Source: Myxococcaceae bacterium (lineage in GTDB: Bacteria > Myxococcota > Myxococcia > Myxococcales > Myxococcaceae). Taken from it: 43,591 nucleotides of DNA. Position numbers and translations under genes: made by a program. The notes below the pieces were generated by a model. The model worked only from the letters and a program-made list of their open reading frames with translations, was not told the DNA's origin and did not search any database. The stretch lies in NCBI GenBank assembly GCA_040400045.1, contig JBBAQZ010000018.1, positions 1 through 43,591 on the forward strand. The letters are read 5' to 3'. Positions 8,076 through 17,008 of the stretch are shown here, one piece after another (position 1 is the first letter of the stretch; the number at the start of each line of letters is the position of its first letter).

Positions 8076-9926
8076 TTGCGCACAGAGCCGGCACCCGAGG
8101 GTTGCGGCGCAACTCTTGCGCCGTCCACCGGGACGACGCAACGGCCGACGGTCGGCGCGCGGCGTGCACTGCTGCCGAGGGTGCGCTCCATCGCCGACAT
8201 TCTCGACGCGCACTCGGGCGATTCCAAGCGGTTGGTGCAAATCCTCCTCGAGGTGCAGCGGGAGTCCGGCAACTGGTTGCCGGCAGGGGTTCTGACCGAG
8301 GTCGCCCGCGGCCTCGGCTTGCCGCGCGCGAAGGTCGAGGGCGTCGCCGGCTTCTACGCGTTCCTCCACCTGGTTCCGGTCGGCCGCTTCCGGGTGCTGG
8401 TGTCGGACAACATCACCGATCAATACGCGGGGAGCCGGGAGCTGTCGGGCGAGCTGTGTCGACGCCTGGGCGTGGAACGCGGGCACGTGCGCAGTGACGG
8501 TCGGGTCTCGGTCGACTTCACGTCGTGCACGGGACTGTGCGACCAGGCGCCAGCCCTGCTCGTCAACGGCGTCGCGGTGCCCCACGTCGTCGGAGCGCGC
8601 GTGGCCGAGGTGGTGCGGCTGATCGAAGCGAACACACCAGTCGATTCGTGGCCCGTGGACTTGCGGCACGTCGAGGACGGCGTTCGCCTGGAAGGGCCGG
8701 TGCTGCGCGCGGTGGTGGAGCCGGGTGCGGCGCTGGAGAAGATGCTGCGGTCGTCGCCCGCCGAGGTGCTTCGCGTCCTCACCGCGTCGAAGCTGCGCGG
8801 CCGGGGGGGCGCTGGCTTCCCGGTCGCCACCAAATGGGACACCTGCCGAGAGGCGCCGGGTGACAGCGTGGTGGTGTGCAACGCCGACGAAGGCGAGCCC
8901 GGCACGTTCAAGGACCGGTTGCTCCTCGCGCATCGGGCCGACCTCGTCCTCGAGGGCATGACCATCGCCGCGCGCTTCACCGGCGCGACCGCGGGGTTCA
9001 TCTACCTGCGCGGTGAGTACGCCTTCCTCGCGCCCCACCTCGAGGACGTCATCGCTCGCCGCCGGGCTGCGAAGCTTCTCGGCACCTCCATCGCGTCGGA
9101 GCGCGGCTTCGACTTCGACGTCGAGCTGCACCTCGGCGCCGGGGCCTACGTCTGCGGCGAAGAGACCGCGCTGCTCGAGTCGCTCGAAGGCAAACGCGGC
9201 GTGCCCCGGCATCGGCCTCCGTTCCCTGTCACCCACGGTTACCTCGGCAGGCCCACCATCGTGAACAACGTCGAGACGTACGCCGACGCCGCCGTGGTGT
9301 TCGCCAACGGGCTCGACGCGTGGCGCGCGCTGGGCACCGAGCAGTCGAGCGGCTCGAAGCTCCTCTCGGTCGCTGGCGACGTCGACCGGCCCGGCATCTA
9401 CGAGGTGCCGTGGGGCACGACGCTGCGTGACGTGCTGTCGCTCGCGGGCGCGCGCAACCCGAAGGCGGTGCAGGTCAGCGGGCCCTCGGGAGTGCTGGTG
9501 GGGCCGGAGCAGTTCGACCGCCGCCTCGCGTTCGAAGATCTGCCGTGCGCTGGCGCCATCGCCGTCTTCTCGGAAGCGCGCGACCTGCTCGAGGTCGTCG
9601 TGAACTACGCCCGCTTCTTCGCGCACGAGAGCTGCGGCTTCTGCACGCCGTGCCGCGTGGGCACGCACGTCGCCGTGAGGAGCCTCGAGAAGCTGCGCGA
9701 AGGTCTCGGCTCCCAGACCGAGCTGCAGGAATTGGCGACGCTGACCCGGCTGCTGCGTGACACGTCTCACTGTGGCCTCGGGAGCACCGCACCCAACGCG
9801 TGGCGGCACTACCTCGACACGTTCGGCCTCGACGTGACCCGCCGCTTGAGCGCGACGTTTCAGCCTGCGTTCGACGTCGGCGCGGCGCTCCAGGGCGCGC
9901 GAGCCAGCCGGGGAGGCTCGACATGA
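8076..9926 (+). CDS. hoxF: NAD-reducing [NiFe] hydrogenase diaphorase subunit HoxF, a fused NuoE-like (thioredoxin-fold 2Fe-2S) plus NuoF-like (FMN/NADH, 4Fe-4S) protein. The true start may be the GTG at 8181.
   Basis: GRGGAGFPVATKW (FMN site of 51-kDa subunit family), EGEPGTFKDR, an ESCGFCTPCR cysteine cluster, and an N-terminal NuoE-like region (CTGLCDQAPALLVNG). Only one ATG (8076) precedes the conserved region. The GTG at 8181 with an upstream GAGG is an alternative start. Confidence 0.85.
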   Translation: MRTEPAPEGCGATLAPSTGTTQRPTVGARRALLPRVRSIADILDAHSGDSKRLVQILLEVQRESGNWLPAGVLTEVARGLGLPRAKVEGVAGFYAFLHLVPVGRFRVLVSDNITDQYAGSRELSGELCRRLGVERGHVRSDGRVSVDFTSCTGLCDQAPALLVNGVAVPHVVGARVAEVVRLIEANTPVDSWPVDLRHVEDGVRLEGPVLRAVVEPGAALEKMLRSSPAEVLRVLTASKLRGRGGAGFPVATKWDTCREAPGDSVVVCNADEGEPGTFKDRLLLAHRADLVLEGMTIAARFTGATAGFIYLRGEYAFLAPHLEDVIARRRAAKLLGTSIASERGFDFDVELHLGAGAYVCGEETALLESLEGKRGVPRHRPPFPVTHGYLGRPTIVNNVETYADAAVVFANGLDAWRALGTEQSSGSKLLSVAGDVDRPGIYEVPWGTTLRDVLSLAGARNPKAVQVSGPSGVLVGPEQFDRRLAFEDLPCAGAIAVFSEARDLLEVVVNYARFFAHESCGFCTPCRVGTHVAVRSLEKLREGLGSQTELQELATLTRLLRDTSHCGLGSTAPNAWRHYLDTFGLDVTRRLSATFQPAFDVGAALQGARASRGGST

Positions 9927-10636
9927 GCGCGACGTTCACCCTCGATGGAGTGGAGATTCCGTTCGAGCCCGGCCAGACGCTCATCGAGGCCGCGCGCGCG
10001 AAGGGCGTCTTCATTCCGTTCCTCTGCGCCCACCCGGAGTTCCCTGCCCACGGCTCGTGCCGCGTCTGCACCGTGTTGGTGAACGGCCGGTCCATGGCGT
10101 CGTGCACCACGAAGGCCGCCGAGGGCCTGGTCGTCGAGAGCAACACCAGCGCGCTCGAGGGCGACCGACGGGCGCTGGTGCAGATGCTGTTCGTCGAGGG
10201 CAACCACTTCTGCCCCGGGTGCGAGAAGTCGGGAAGCTGCACGCTCCAGTCGCTCGGCACCGAGCTTGGTGTGACGTCGGCCGGGTTCGCCCACGAGTCG
10301 CCGACCCGCCCCGTCGACGCGTCACACCCCGACATCCTCCTCGACTTCAACCGCTGCATCCTCTGCGAGCTCTGTGTTCGCGCCTCGGCCGACGTCGACC
10401 ACAAGGAAGTCTTTGCGCTCTCGGGCCGCGGGCTGAGCAAGCACCTCATCGTGAACGCCGAGTCAGGCCGGCTCGCCGACACCGGCATGTCCACCACCGA
10501 CAAGGCGATGACGGTGTGCCCGGTGGGCGTCATCTTGAGGAAGCGGGTTGGCTTTCACACGCCCATCGGTGAACGCCCGCACGACCTCGAGTCGCCCCGT
10601 CAGCACGTGGAGCACCCGAAGGGCAGGGCGCCATGA
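9923..10636 (+). CDS. hoxU: Hydrogenase diaphorase iron-sulfur subunit HoxU (NuoG N-terminal-like: 2Fe-2S ferredoxin plus 4Fe-4S clusters).
   Basis: Start MSATFTLDGVEIPF overlaps the hoxF stop (ATGA). Cys motifs: FLCAHPEFPAHGSCRVCTV (2Fe-2S), HFCPGCEKSGSCTLQ, and CILCELCVRAS (4Fe-4S). The 9800-9922 extension of the tracked ORF is rejected. Confidence 0.85.
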   Translation: MSATFTLDGVEIPFEPGQTLIEAARAKGVFIPFLCAHPEFPAHGSCRVCTVLVNGRSMASCTTKAAEGLVVESNTSALEGDRRALVQMLFVEGNHFCPGCEKSGSCTLQSLGTELGVTSAGFAHESPTRPVDASHPDILLDFNRCILCELCVRASADVDHKEVFALSGRGLSKHLIVNAESGRLADTGMSTTDKAMTVCPVGVILRKRVGFHTPIGERPHDLESPRQHVEHPKGRAP

Positions 10637-11172
10637 CGAACAGAGTGCGCATCGCGACCACGTCACTCGCGGGCTGCTTCGGCTGTCACATGTCGCTGCT
10701 CGACATCGACGAGCGCATCGTGCCGTTGCTCGCGCGCGTGCAGCTCGACCGCTCGCCGTTGACGGACCAGAAGCACGCCGGGCCGTGCGCGGTCGGGCTC
10801 GTCGAGGGTGGCGTCTGCAACGAAGACAACCTGCGGGTGCTGCAGGAGTTCCGTGCGCAGTGCACGGTGCTGGTGGCGGTCGGCGCGTGCGCCATCAACG
10901 GGGGGCTGCCCGCCCAGCGAAACCACGTCGAGGTCGGCGAGCTGCTGCGGCAGGTCTATGACGAGGAACCCGGGCTCGCGCGCCGTGGCGTTCCTGACGA
11001 CCCCGAGCTGCCGCTGCTGTTCGACAAGGTCCGGCCGCTCCACGAGCTGGTGAAGGTCGACTACTTCATCCCCGGGTGCCCGCCGCCCGCCGAGGCGTTC
11101 TGGACGTTCTTGAACGACCTGTTGGACGGGCGCGAGCCACGGCTGCCGCCGGGAGCAATCCGGTATGACTGA
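10633..11172 (+). CDS. hoxY: [NiFe] hydrogenase small (delta) subunit HoxY.
   Basis: The N-terminal ATTSLAGCFGCHMSLLD proximal-cluster Cys motif and the C-terminal FIPGCPP match group-3 hydrogenase small subunits. The start overlaps the hoxU stop (ATGA). Confidence 0.85.
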   Translation: MTNRVRIATTSLAGCFGCHMSLLDIDERIVPLLARVQLDRSPLTDQKHAGPCAVGLVEGGVCNEDNLRVLQEFRAQCTVLVAVGACAINGGLPAQRNHVEVGELLRQVYDEEPGLARRGVPDDPELPLLFDKVRPLHELVKVDYFIPGCPPPAEAFWTFLNDLLDGREPRLPPGAIRYD

Positions 11173-12601
11173 CACGCTCCGAAGAATCGCCATCGACCCC
11201 GTCTCTCGCGTCGAGGGTCATGGGAAGGTGACGTTGCTCCTCGACGACGCCGGCCACGTGCACGAGGCGCGGCTGCACATCGTCGAGTTCCGCGGCTTCG
11301 AGGCCTTCATCGTCGGACGGCCCTATTGGGAAGTGCCCGTCGTCGTGCAGCGCCTCTGCGGCATCTGCCCCGTCTCGCACAACCTCTGCGCGTCGAAGGC
11401 CCTCGACGCCGTCGTCGGCGCAGTCCCTCCTCCCTCCGCCGTGAAGCTGCGTCGCCTCATGCACGCGGGCCAGATGCTCCAGTCGCACGCGCTGCACTTC
11501 TTCCACCTCGCCTCGCCCGACCTGTTGTTCGGCTTCGACAGCGACCCCTCGAAGCGCAACCTGATGGGCCTCGTCGAGTCCCACCCCGAGATCGCCAAAC
11601 AGGGCGTGATGCTGCGCAAGTTCGGCCAGCAGGTGCTCGAGGCCGTCTACGGCAAGCGCATTCATGGGACGGGCGCCATTCCGGGTGGCGTGAACAAACA
11701 CCTGGCGCTCGCGGATCGCGACACGTTCCTCGCGCAGCTCCCACAGGTGAAGACGTGGGCGCTCGAGGCCGTCGCGCTCGCGCGGCAGCTCACCGAGTCG
11801 AACATGGCGCGGCACGTGGGCTTCGGCAGCGTGCCGTCGAACCTCCTGGGCCTGGTCGCCGCCGATGGCTCGCTCGACCTCTACGACGGCGCGCTGCGCG
11901 CGAAGGACGCCGAAGGCCGCGTGCTCTTCGGTGGCTTCGACGGGTCGACGTACCGGCAGCTGATTCGAGAAGAGGTGCGGCCGTGGTCGTACATGAAGTT
12001 CCCCTATCTCTCGGCCATGGGCCCCGAGGCAGGTTGGTACAAGGTAGGCCCGCTCGCGCGGCTGCAGGTGTGCGACCGCCTGTCGACGCCCCTGGCCGAG
12101 GCGGCGCGGCGGGACTTCATCGCCAGCTCGCCGAAGACGATTCACGCGCCGCTCGCGTCACACTGGGCGCGGCTCGTGGAGCTGTTGCACTCGGCCGAGG
12201 AGATCGAGCTCCTGCTCCATGACTCGGACCTGCTGCACGGCGACCTCGTCTCGACGGGGCAACGCCAACGCGAGGGCGTCGGTGTCATCGAGGCGCCGCG
12301 CGGCACGCTCATTCATCACTACGAGGTGGACGAGGACGACCTGGTGACGCGCTGCAACCTCATCGTGTCCACCACCCACAACAACCAGGCCATGAACGAG
12401 GCGATTCGCTCGGTTGCGCGCCAGTACCTCGATGGGCGCAGCGTGACCGAAGGCCTGCTGAACCACCTCGAAGTGGCGGTGCGGGCGTTCGACCCGTGCC
12501 TGTCGTGCGCGACCCACGCCATGGGCCAGATGCCGCTCGAGGTGACGCTCGTCGACGCCGCGGGCGCCGTCGTCGACGTGATGCGCAGGGACGCGTCATG
12601 A
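11165..12601 (+). CDS. hoxH: [NiFe] hydrogenase large (beta) subunit HoxH, group 3d.
   Basis: The L1 motif RLCGICPVSHNLCASKA and the C-terminal L2 motif DPCLSCATHAMG are the Ni-Fe ligands. The C-terminal extension after CATH is the cleavage substrate of the maturation protease. It overlaps hoxY by 8 nt. Confidence 0.9.
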   Translation: MTDTLRRIAIDPVSRVEGHGKVTLLLDDAGHVHEARLHIVEFRGFEAFIVGRPYWEVPVVVQRLCGICPVSHNLCASKALDAVVGAVPPPSAVKLRRLMHAGQMLQSHALHFFHLASPDLLFGFDSDPSKRNLMGLVESHPEIAKQGVMLRKFGQQVLEAVYGKRIHGTGAIPGGVNKHLALADRDTFLAQLPQVKTWALEAVALARQLTESNMARHVGFGSVPSNLLGLVAADGSLDLYDGALRAKDAEGRVLFGGFDGSTYRQLIREEVRPWSYMKFPYLSAMGPEAGWYKVGPLARLQVCDRLSTPLAEAARRDFIASSPKTIHAPLASHWARLVELLHSAEEIELLLHDSDLLHGDLVSTGQRQREGVGVIEAPRGTLIHHYEVDEDDLVTRCNLIVSTTHNNQAMNEAIRSVARQYLDGRSVTEGLLNHLEVAVRAFDPCLSCATHAMGQMPLEVTLVDAAGAVVDVMRRDAS

Positions 12602-13044
12602 AGTCACGCGTGCTCGTCTTCGGCTGGGGCAACCCCTCTCGTGGTGATGATGGGCTCGGGCCCGCGTTCGTCGGCGAGGCCAAGCGGAAGCCTGGCGTGG
12701 AGCTCCTCGTCGACTACCAGCTGCAACCGGAGCATGCCCTCGACCTCGTCGGCCGCGACGAGGTCCTCTTCGTCGACGCCAGCACCACCACTCCCGAGCC
12801 CTTCGAAGTGTTCGAGGTCAGCCCGGGGCCGGCGGTGACGTTCACCACCCACCACCTGTCGCCTGGCGCGCTGCTGGCCATCTTCGAGCGCATCACGGGA
12901 AGGCCCGCGCCGCGCTCGAGGGTTCTGGCGATTCGCGGCTGGTCGTTCGCGCTGGGGGAAGTGCTGAGCGAGCGGGGGCGGGCCAACCTCGACGCGGCCC
13001 TCGCGTGGTGGAACACGGAGCACCACGAGCGGCTCGCGCACTGA
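12598..13044 (+). CDS. hoxW: Hydrogenase maturation endopeptidase (HoxW / HyaD / HycI family).
   Basis: Internal start MKSRVLVFGWGNPSRGDDGLG (the GNxxxGDDGxG protease signature) overlaps the hoxH stop (ATGA). The Arg-rich 12496-12597 extension of the tracked ORF is rejected. Confidence 0.8.
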   Translation: MKSRVLVFGWGNPSRGDDGLGPAFVGEAKRKPGVELLVDYQLQPEHALDLVGRDEVLFVDASTTTPEPFEVFEVSPGPAVTFTTHHLSPGALLAIFERITGRPAPRSRVLAIRGWSFALGEVLSERGRANLDAALAWWNTEHHERLAH

Positions 13045-13054
13045 GGCGATGACG

Positions 13055-13876
13055 CTACCTGCGACGCGCGCGCACGAACGGCAGCGTCGCCACGAAGCAG
13101 AGCGCGAGCAGCAGCACGATGGCCGCGCCCGACGGCGCGTTCAGTCGCGTCGAGACCAGCACCCCGCCGACGCCGCTCACGGTCGCCACGATGACGCTGG
13201 CCCATGTCAGGCCCGCCACGCTGCGCGCCACGTTCCGCCCGGCAGCCGCGGGCACGAGCAGCATCGCCTCGACCATCAACGCGCCCAACACCTTCACCGA
13301 CGCCACGATGACGAGGGTGAGCAGGGTCACCAGGCCGTACTCGAGCGCGGCCGATGGGAGTCGCCGGGCCGCGGCGGTGCGGACGTCGAGCGCGTCGACG
13401 AGCAGCGCGTTGTGCCATCTCGCCAGGACGGCGAGGACCACGGCCAGCGTCACGCCCAGGACGGTGAGGTCGACCCGATTCACCGTGAGCACCGAGCCGA
13501 ACATCACCGCTTCGAGCTGGTGCACGTTGAAGCGCTTCGTCACGACGACGAGGAGCAGCACGCCGAGCCCGAGCGTGAAGGCGAGCAGCACGCCGACGAG
13601 CGTGTCGGACGGCAACGACGAGCGACGCCGAACGAAGACGAGCCCGACGCCACACAGCAGCGAGAAGCCGAGCACGCTCGCCCAGGGTGCGTCGACCGGC
13701 TCGCCCAGCAACACGCCGAGCGAGACGCCCGTGAGCACCGCCTGGCCGAGCGCCGCCGAGAAGAAGGCGAGCCGCCTCGTCATCACCAGCGGGGACAACA
13801 GCCCGAGCATCGGCGCGGCGAGCAGCACCGCCAGGAGCGCGCGCTGCACGAAGTCGAGCGAGAGGGCCTGCGTCAT
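13055..13876 (-). CDS. znuB: Metal (Zn/Mn) ABC transporter permease (ABC-3 / ZnuB-TroCD family).
   Basis: 273 aa with 7-8 hydrophobic helices and family-typical composition. It overlaps the upstream ATPase gene by 4 nt. Confidence 0.8.
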   Translation of the reverse strand: MTQALSLDFVQRALLAVLLAAPMLGLLSPLVMTRRLAFFSAALGQAVLTGVSLGVLLGEPVDAPWASVLGFSLLCGVGLVFVRRRSSLPSDTLVGVLLAFTLGLGVLLLVVVTKRFNVHQLEAVMFGSVLTVNRVDLTVLGVTLAVVLAVLARWHNALLVDALDVRTAAARRLPSAALEYGLVTLLTLVIVASVKVLGALMVEAMLLVPAAAGRNVARSVAGLTWASVIVATVSGVGGVLVSTRLNAPSGAAIVLLLALCFVATLPFVRARRR

Positions 13877-14487
13877 GCCGCGCTCCCGGACAGCGAGGCG
13901 GTGCGCGTGGCGAGCTGCCCGACCGCCTCGAGGTCATGCGAGATCCACAGGGTCGCGAGGCCCGTCGTTCGAGCGTCCCTCAGCGTCGTGAGCAGCCGGG
14001 CTCTGGCCGCGGCGTCGAGGCCGGCTTCGGGTTCGTCGAGGAGCAACAGCGAAGGCTTCGTCGCCAGCGCGTCGGCGAGCAGCACGCGGCGCAGCTCACC
14101 TCCCGACAACTCGGACAGTCGAGCGCCGAGGAGGGCCGAGCACCCTGTGAGCTCGAGGGCCTGCTCCACGGCCCGCCGCGTGGCACGAGGGACGCCCAGC
14201 CACGAGGGCCGTGAGGTGCGTGAGGCGGCGAGGAACTCGAGCACCGTGACGGGCGTGGTCGCGAGCCCTTCGAAGCGCTGCGGCACGATGGCGAGCGTCT
14301 GGTTCGTTGCCAGCTCCAGCGTGCCTGTGAATGGCACCAGCCCCAGCACGCAGTCGAGGAAGGTCGACTTCCCGCTGCCGTTGGGACCGACGAGCGCGAG
14401 CACCTCACCACGAGACAGCTCGAGCGACAGCGGCCGTAACCGGCCCGGCACCGTGACCGCGCCTGCCACGAGGAGCCGCTCACTCAT
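13873..14487 (-). CDS. znuC: Metal ABC transporter ATP-binding protein (ZnuC-like), 204 aa.
   Basis: Walker A GPNGSGKST, ABC signature LSGGELRRV, Walker B LLLLDEPEAGLD, and an H-loop HDLEAV. The start ATG at 14485-14487 on the reverse strand gives MSERLLVAGAVTVPG. The longer 456-aa ORF is an N-terminal shadow extension. Confidence 0.8.
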   Translation of the reverse strand: MSERLLVAGAVTVPGRLRPLSLELSRGEVLALVGPNGSGKSTFLDCVLGLVPFTGTLELATNQTLAIVPQRFEGLATTPVTVLEFLAASRTSRPSWLGVPRATRRAVEQALELTGCSALLGARLSELSGGELRRVLLADALATKPSLLLLDEPEAGLDAAARARLLTTLRDARTTGLATLWISHDLEAVGQLATRTASLSGSAA

Positions 14488-15317
14488 CGCGTCATCACCT
14501 GGACGATGGCGTCGAGGTTTCGCTGCAGCTCTGCTTCGAAGCGCGTTGGCGTGAAGTCGCCCGTCGCGACGTGGCTCACCACCACCACGCGCGCCCCGGC
14601 CTCTTCGAGCACCTTCGCCATCGCTGGTGGAAACGTCTCTTCCGAGAACACGACGCGCACCTGTCTGGCCTTCAGGCGCTGCACGACGTCGCCGAGCTCC
14701 GAGGCCGAGGGGAGCAGTCCATGCGCGGGCTCGACGACGCCGGCCAGCTCGAGGCCGAGCTCCTGGAGCAGGTAGGCGTAGCCGTCGTGCACCGTGACGA
14801 CGCGTCGCTGCTTGACGGTCGAGAGCGCTGACACGGTGGCCGCCCGCATCGCCCGCAGCCGCCTCGCGAAGGCCGCGGCGTTTCGCTCGAGCGTCGGTCT
14901 CCACTCGGGTCGCAGCTGCGCCAGGGCTCTCGCCAACGTGTATGACTGCAGCGCCCCGTTCCCCATCGACAGGAAGGTGTGCGAGTTGGGTGCGGTGCCG
15001 CCGTGAGTCAGCAACAGCGGCGTGCCTTCGTTCATCCTGATTCGGGTCAGCTTCTCGTTGCCGGCGGCGCGCACCATCTCGTCGAGGAAGGCGTCGTGGC
15101 CCAGGCCATTCTCCACCAGCACGTCGAGCGTCTTCAGCGTGGCGACGTCTTGTGGCCGCGGCTGGTAGCTCCCGATGTCGACGTCGCCTGGCACCACCGC
15201 GACCAGCTCGACCGGCAGCCCCTCGGTCACCCGCGCCGCCCACGAGTAATAGGGGTGGAGCGTCACGCCCAGCTTCAGCGGCGCCGCGGCCACGATGAGG
15301 CAGAGGAGCGCGCTCAT
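14484..15317 (-). CDS. znuA: Metal ABC transporter substrate-binding protein (ZnuA/TroA family), 277 aa with a signal peptide.
   Basis: Start MSALLCLIVAAAPLKLG (ATG at 15315-15317, reverse strand) is followed by a TroA-like fold (VVTVHDGYAYLLQELGLE, VRVVFSEETFPPAMAKVLEEAGARVV). It overlaps znuC by 4 nt. Confidence 0.75.
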   Translation of the reverse strand: MSALLCLIVAAAPLKLGVTLHPYYSWAARVTEGLPVELVAVVPGDVDIGSYQPRPQDVATLKTLDVLVENGLGHDAFLDEMVRAAGNEKLTRIRMNEGTPLLLTHGGTAPNSHTFLSMGNGALQSYTLARALAQLRPEWRPTLERNAAAFARRLRAMRAATVSALSTVKQRRVVTVHDGYAYLLQELGLELAGVVEPAHGLLPSASELGDVVQRLKARQVRVVFSEETFPPAMAKVLEEAGARVVVVSHVATGDFTPTRFEAELQRNLDAIVQVMTR

Positions 15318-15552
15318 GGCCTCGAGCCCTCGGGCCCCGGCAACGGCGCCCCGTCGACGCTCGCCCGGGGAATCCGACGCGACGCGGCGCACGCGAGCAG
15401 GCCAGACGAGAGAGCCGCGAGGTGGCGCATCGAGAACGGCGTTATGCCGCAACTGCCCCGCGATGCCACCCCAGTGACAGGCGCGAGACTGACGGACCGT
15501 CGCGAGGTCACCGAAGGAGACGCGCGGCGACCCTGGGGTACACTCTCGGCTC

Positions 15553-16845
15553 GTGACTGTTCTCGAGCCCGGCACCACATTTGCCGACAAGTACCTGATC
15601 GACGGAGTGCTCGGCAAAGGCGGCATGGGCGCGGTGTATTCGGCGACCAACCAGTCCATCGGCCGGCGCGTCGCCATCAAGGTGCTCGTCGCGGACCTCG
15701 CCGATCGCGATGACATCAAGGCGCGCTTCTCGCTCGAGGCGCGCGCTGCGGCCGTCATCAACCACCCCGGCATCGTCGACGTCCTCGACATGGGTGAGAC
15801 CGAAGACGGCGAGCCCTTCATCGTCATGGAGCACCTCGAGGGGGCGACGCTGAAGGCCGTCTTCAGGAAGCACGGCGTCTTCGCACCGGAGCAGGCGGTC
15901 GGCGTCCTGGTGCCCCTCCTCGATGCGCTCGCCGCCGCCCACCAGGCAAACGTCATTCATCGAGACATCAAGCCCGCGAACGTCTTCCTCTGCACGAAGC
16001 CGCAGCGACTGGTGAAGCTGCTCGACTTCGGCATCTCCCGTTTCGGACAGAGCACCGGACTGACGCACTCGGGGACGGCCGTCGGCACGCCGAAGTACAT
16101 GGCTCCGGAGCAGCTGCTCGGCGAGAAGACCATCGGGCCCTCGGCCGACCTCTACTCCGTCGGCGCAGTGCTCTACGAGCTGCTCGGTGGCCGCGCGCCC
16201 TACGACGCCGACAGCGACATCGCGACGCTCGCCAGGCTCCTCAAGGAAGAGCACCAGCCGTTGATCGAACTTCGCCCCGATCTGCCCGCGCAGTTGTGTG
16301 ACTTCGTCGATGCGCTGCTCGTCAAAGAGCCGGAGCGCCGCGCGAAGGACGCCGCGAAGGTGAAGGAATCACTCCTCGCCCTCGTGAAGGCGGGCGAGCT
16401 CTTCAGGCGGGACACCTCGCCCTCCGACGGGGCCCGCGCGCCTGCCTGCCACGTCTCCCGGCCGCCGGAACTCCGTCAACCGCATGCCCGCCGCTCAGGT
16501 GACGCTCGACGACGACGCGCCAGCGACCCGACCCTCTGCGAAGCGGGGCCCCGCCAGGACTCCGCGGACGCCGCCTCCCGTCGTCCTGAACCCGACGGCC
16601 CCGGCGCTCGAGCCGGTGGGAGATCCGCCGCGACGCTCGGGTGTCATGGCGGCCGCCGTCATCGTGACCGTCGGCCTCGTCGGCGGTGCGAGCCTCTTCC
16701 GCGTGCTCGGCAAGACGGGCCAGGCTCCAGCCGCGCCGGTGGTGGTCGAGACGCCCCCGAAGCCGTCGACGCCGCAGGACAGCGCGCCCGTGAAGACGCC
16801 CGCGAACGCCCTGGGGACTCCCATCGTGGTCAGCCTGGCGGCTGA
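15553..16845 (+). CDS. Ser/Thr protein kinase. The catalytic domain is intact (about 15553-16400), but the reading frame beyond about 16400 looks wrong, suggesting a frameshift.
   Basis: GKGGMGAVYSA (Gly loop), AIKVL (VAIK Lys), HRDIKPANVFL (catalytic loop), DFGIS, and GTPKYMAPE are present. After the kinase domain this frame becomes Arg/Gly/Pro-rich low-complexity typical of an off-frame. A second frame (16388-17008) encodes a plausible Pro-rich linker, a TM helix and a PEGA-like domain. Confidence 0.6.
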   Translation: MTVLEPGTTFADKYLIDGVLGKGGMGAVYSATNQSIGRRVAIKVLVADLADRDDIKARFSLEARAAAVINHPGIVDVLDMGETEDGEPFIVMEHLEGATLKAVFRKHGVFAPEQAVGVLVPLLDALAAAHQANVIHRDIKPANVFLCTKPQRLVKLLDFGISRFGQSTGLTHSGTAVGTPKYMAPEQLLGEKTIGPSADLYSVGAVLYELLGGRAPYDADSDIATLARLLKEEHQPLIELRPDLPAQLCDFVDALLVKEPERRAKDAAKVKESLLALVKAGELFRRDTSPSDGARAPACHVSRPPELRQPHARRSGDARRRRASDPTLCEAGPRQDSADAASRRPEPDGPGARAGGRSAATLGCHGGRRHRDRRPRRRCEPLPRARQDGPGSSRAGGGRDAPEAVDAAGQRAREDARERPGDSHRGQPGG

Positions 16846-17008
16846 CCCTGCGAGCGCGCGCTTCGAGGTCGACGGCGAGAAGCTCGACGGCAACCCCGTC
16901 ACGCTGACGCGCGAGCAGGGCAGCGAGGCGTCCATCCCTGGCGATGCAGGAGCGTGTGCCCGGTGGTGGGCAGCAGATCGTGTTGGGTACGTCGGTTCCG
17001 GTCGGTGA
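16388..17008 (+). pseudogene. Frame-shifted C-terminal continuation of the Ser/Thr kinase: Pro-rich linker, TM helix (MAAAVIVTVGLVGGASLF) and PEGA-like domain, in a +1 frame relative to the kinase. A further possible shift into a third frame at 16944-17150.
   Basis: Frame 2 opens after a TGA at 16385 and encodes PPPVVLNPTAPALEPV, then a TM segment, then PIVVSLAADPASARFEVDGEKLDGNPVTLTR. This is the usual architecture of myxobacterial kinases, but it is not in frame with the catalytic domain. Confidence 0.35.

Noticed and set aside
8088-8105. Sigma-54-like GGCAC...TTGC upstream of or inside the hoxF 5' end
   Set aside because: The spacing between the GG and GC elements is 2 nt too long relative to consensus, so I did not annotate it as a promoter.
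6873-9809. 978-aa minus-strand ORF
   Set aside because: Only the last 379 codons (8012..6873) look like a real protein (signal peptide, PEGA, TM). The remaining 600 codons are Arg/Gly/Ala-rich and lie antisense to the well-supported hoxF gene. This is the classic high-GC shadow ORF.
13049-15956. Long ORFs 13049..14554 (+), 13119..13991 (+), 13873..15243 (-), and 14484..15956 (-) as full-length genes
   Set aside because: The + strand ORFs are antisense to znuB/znuC and read as His/Arg/Glu junk. The minus-strand ORFs are N-terminal over-extensions. The real starts (14487 and 15317) are placed by Walker A and signal-peptide positions and by 4-nt overlaps.
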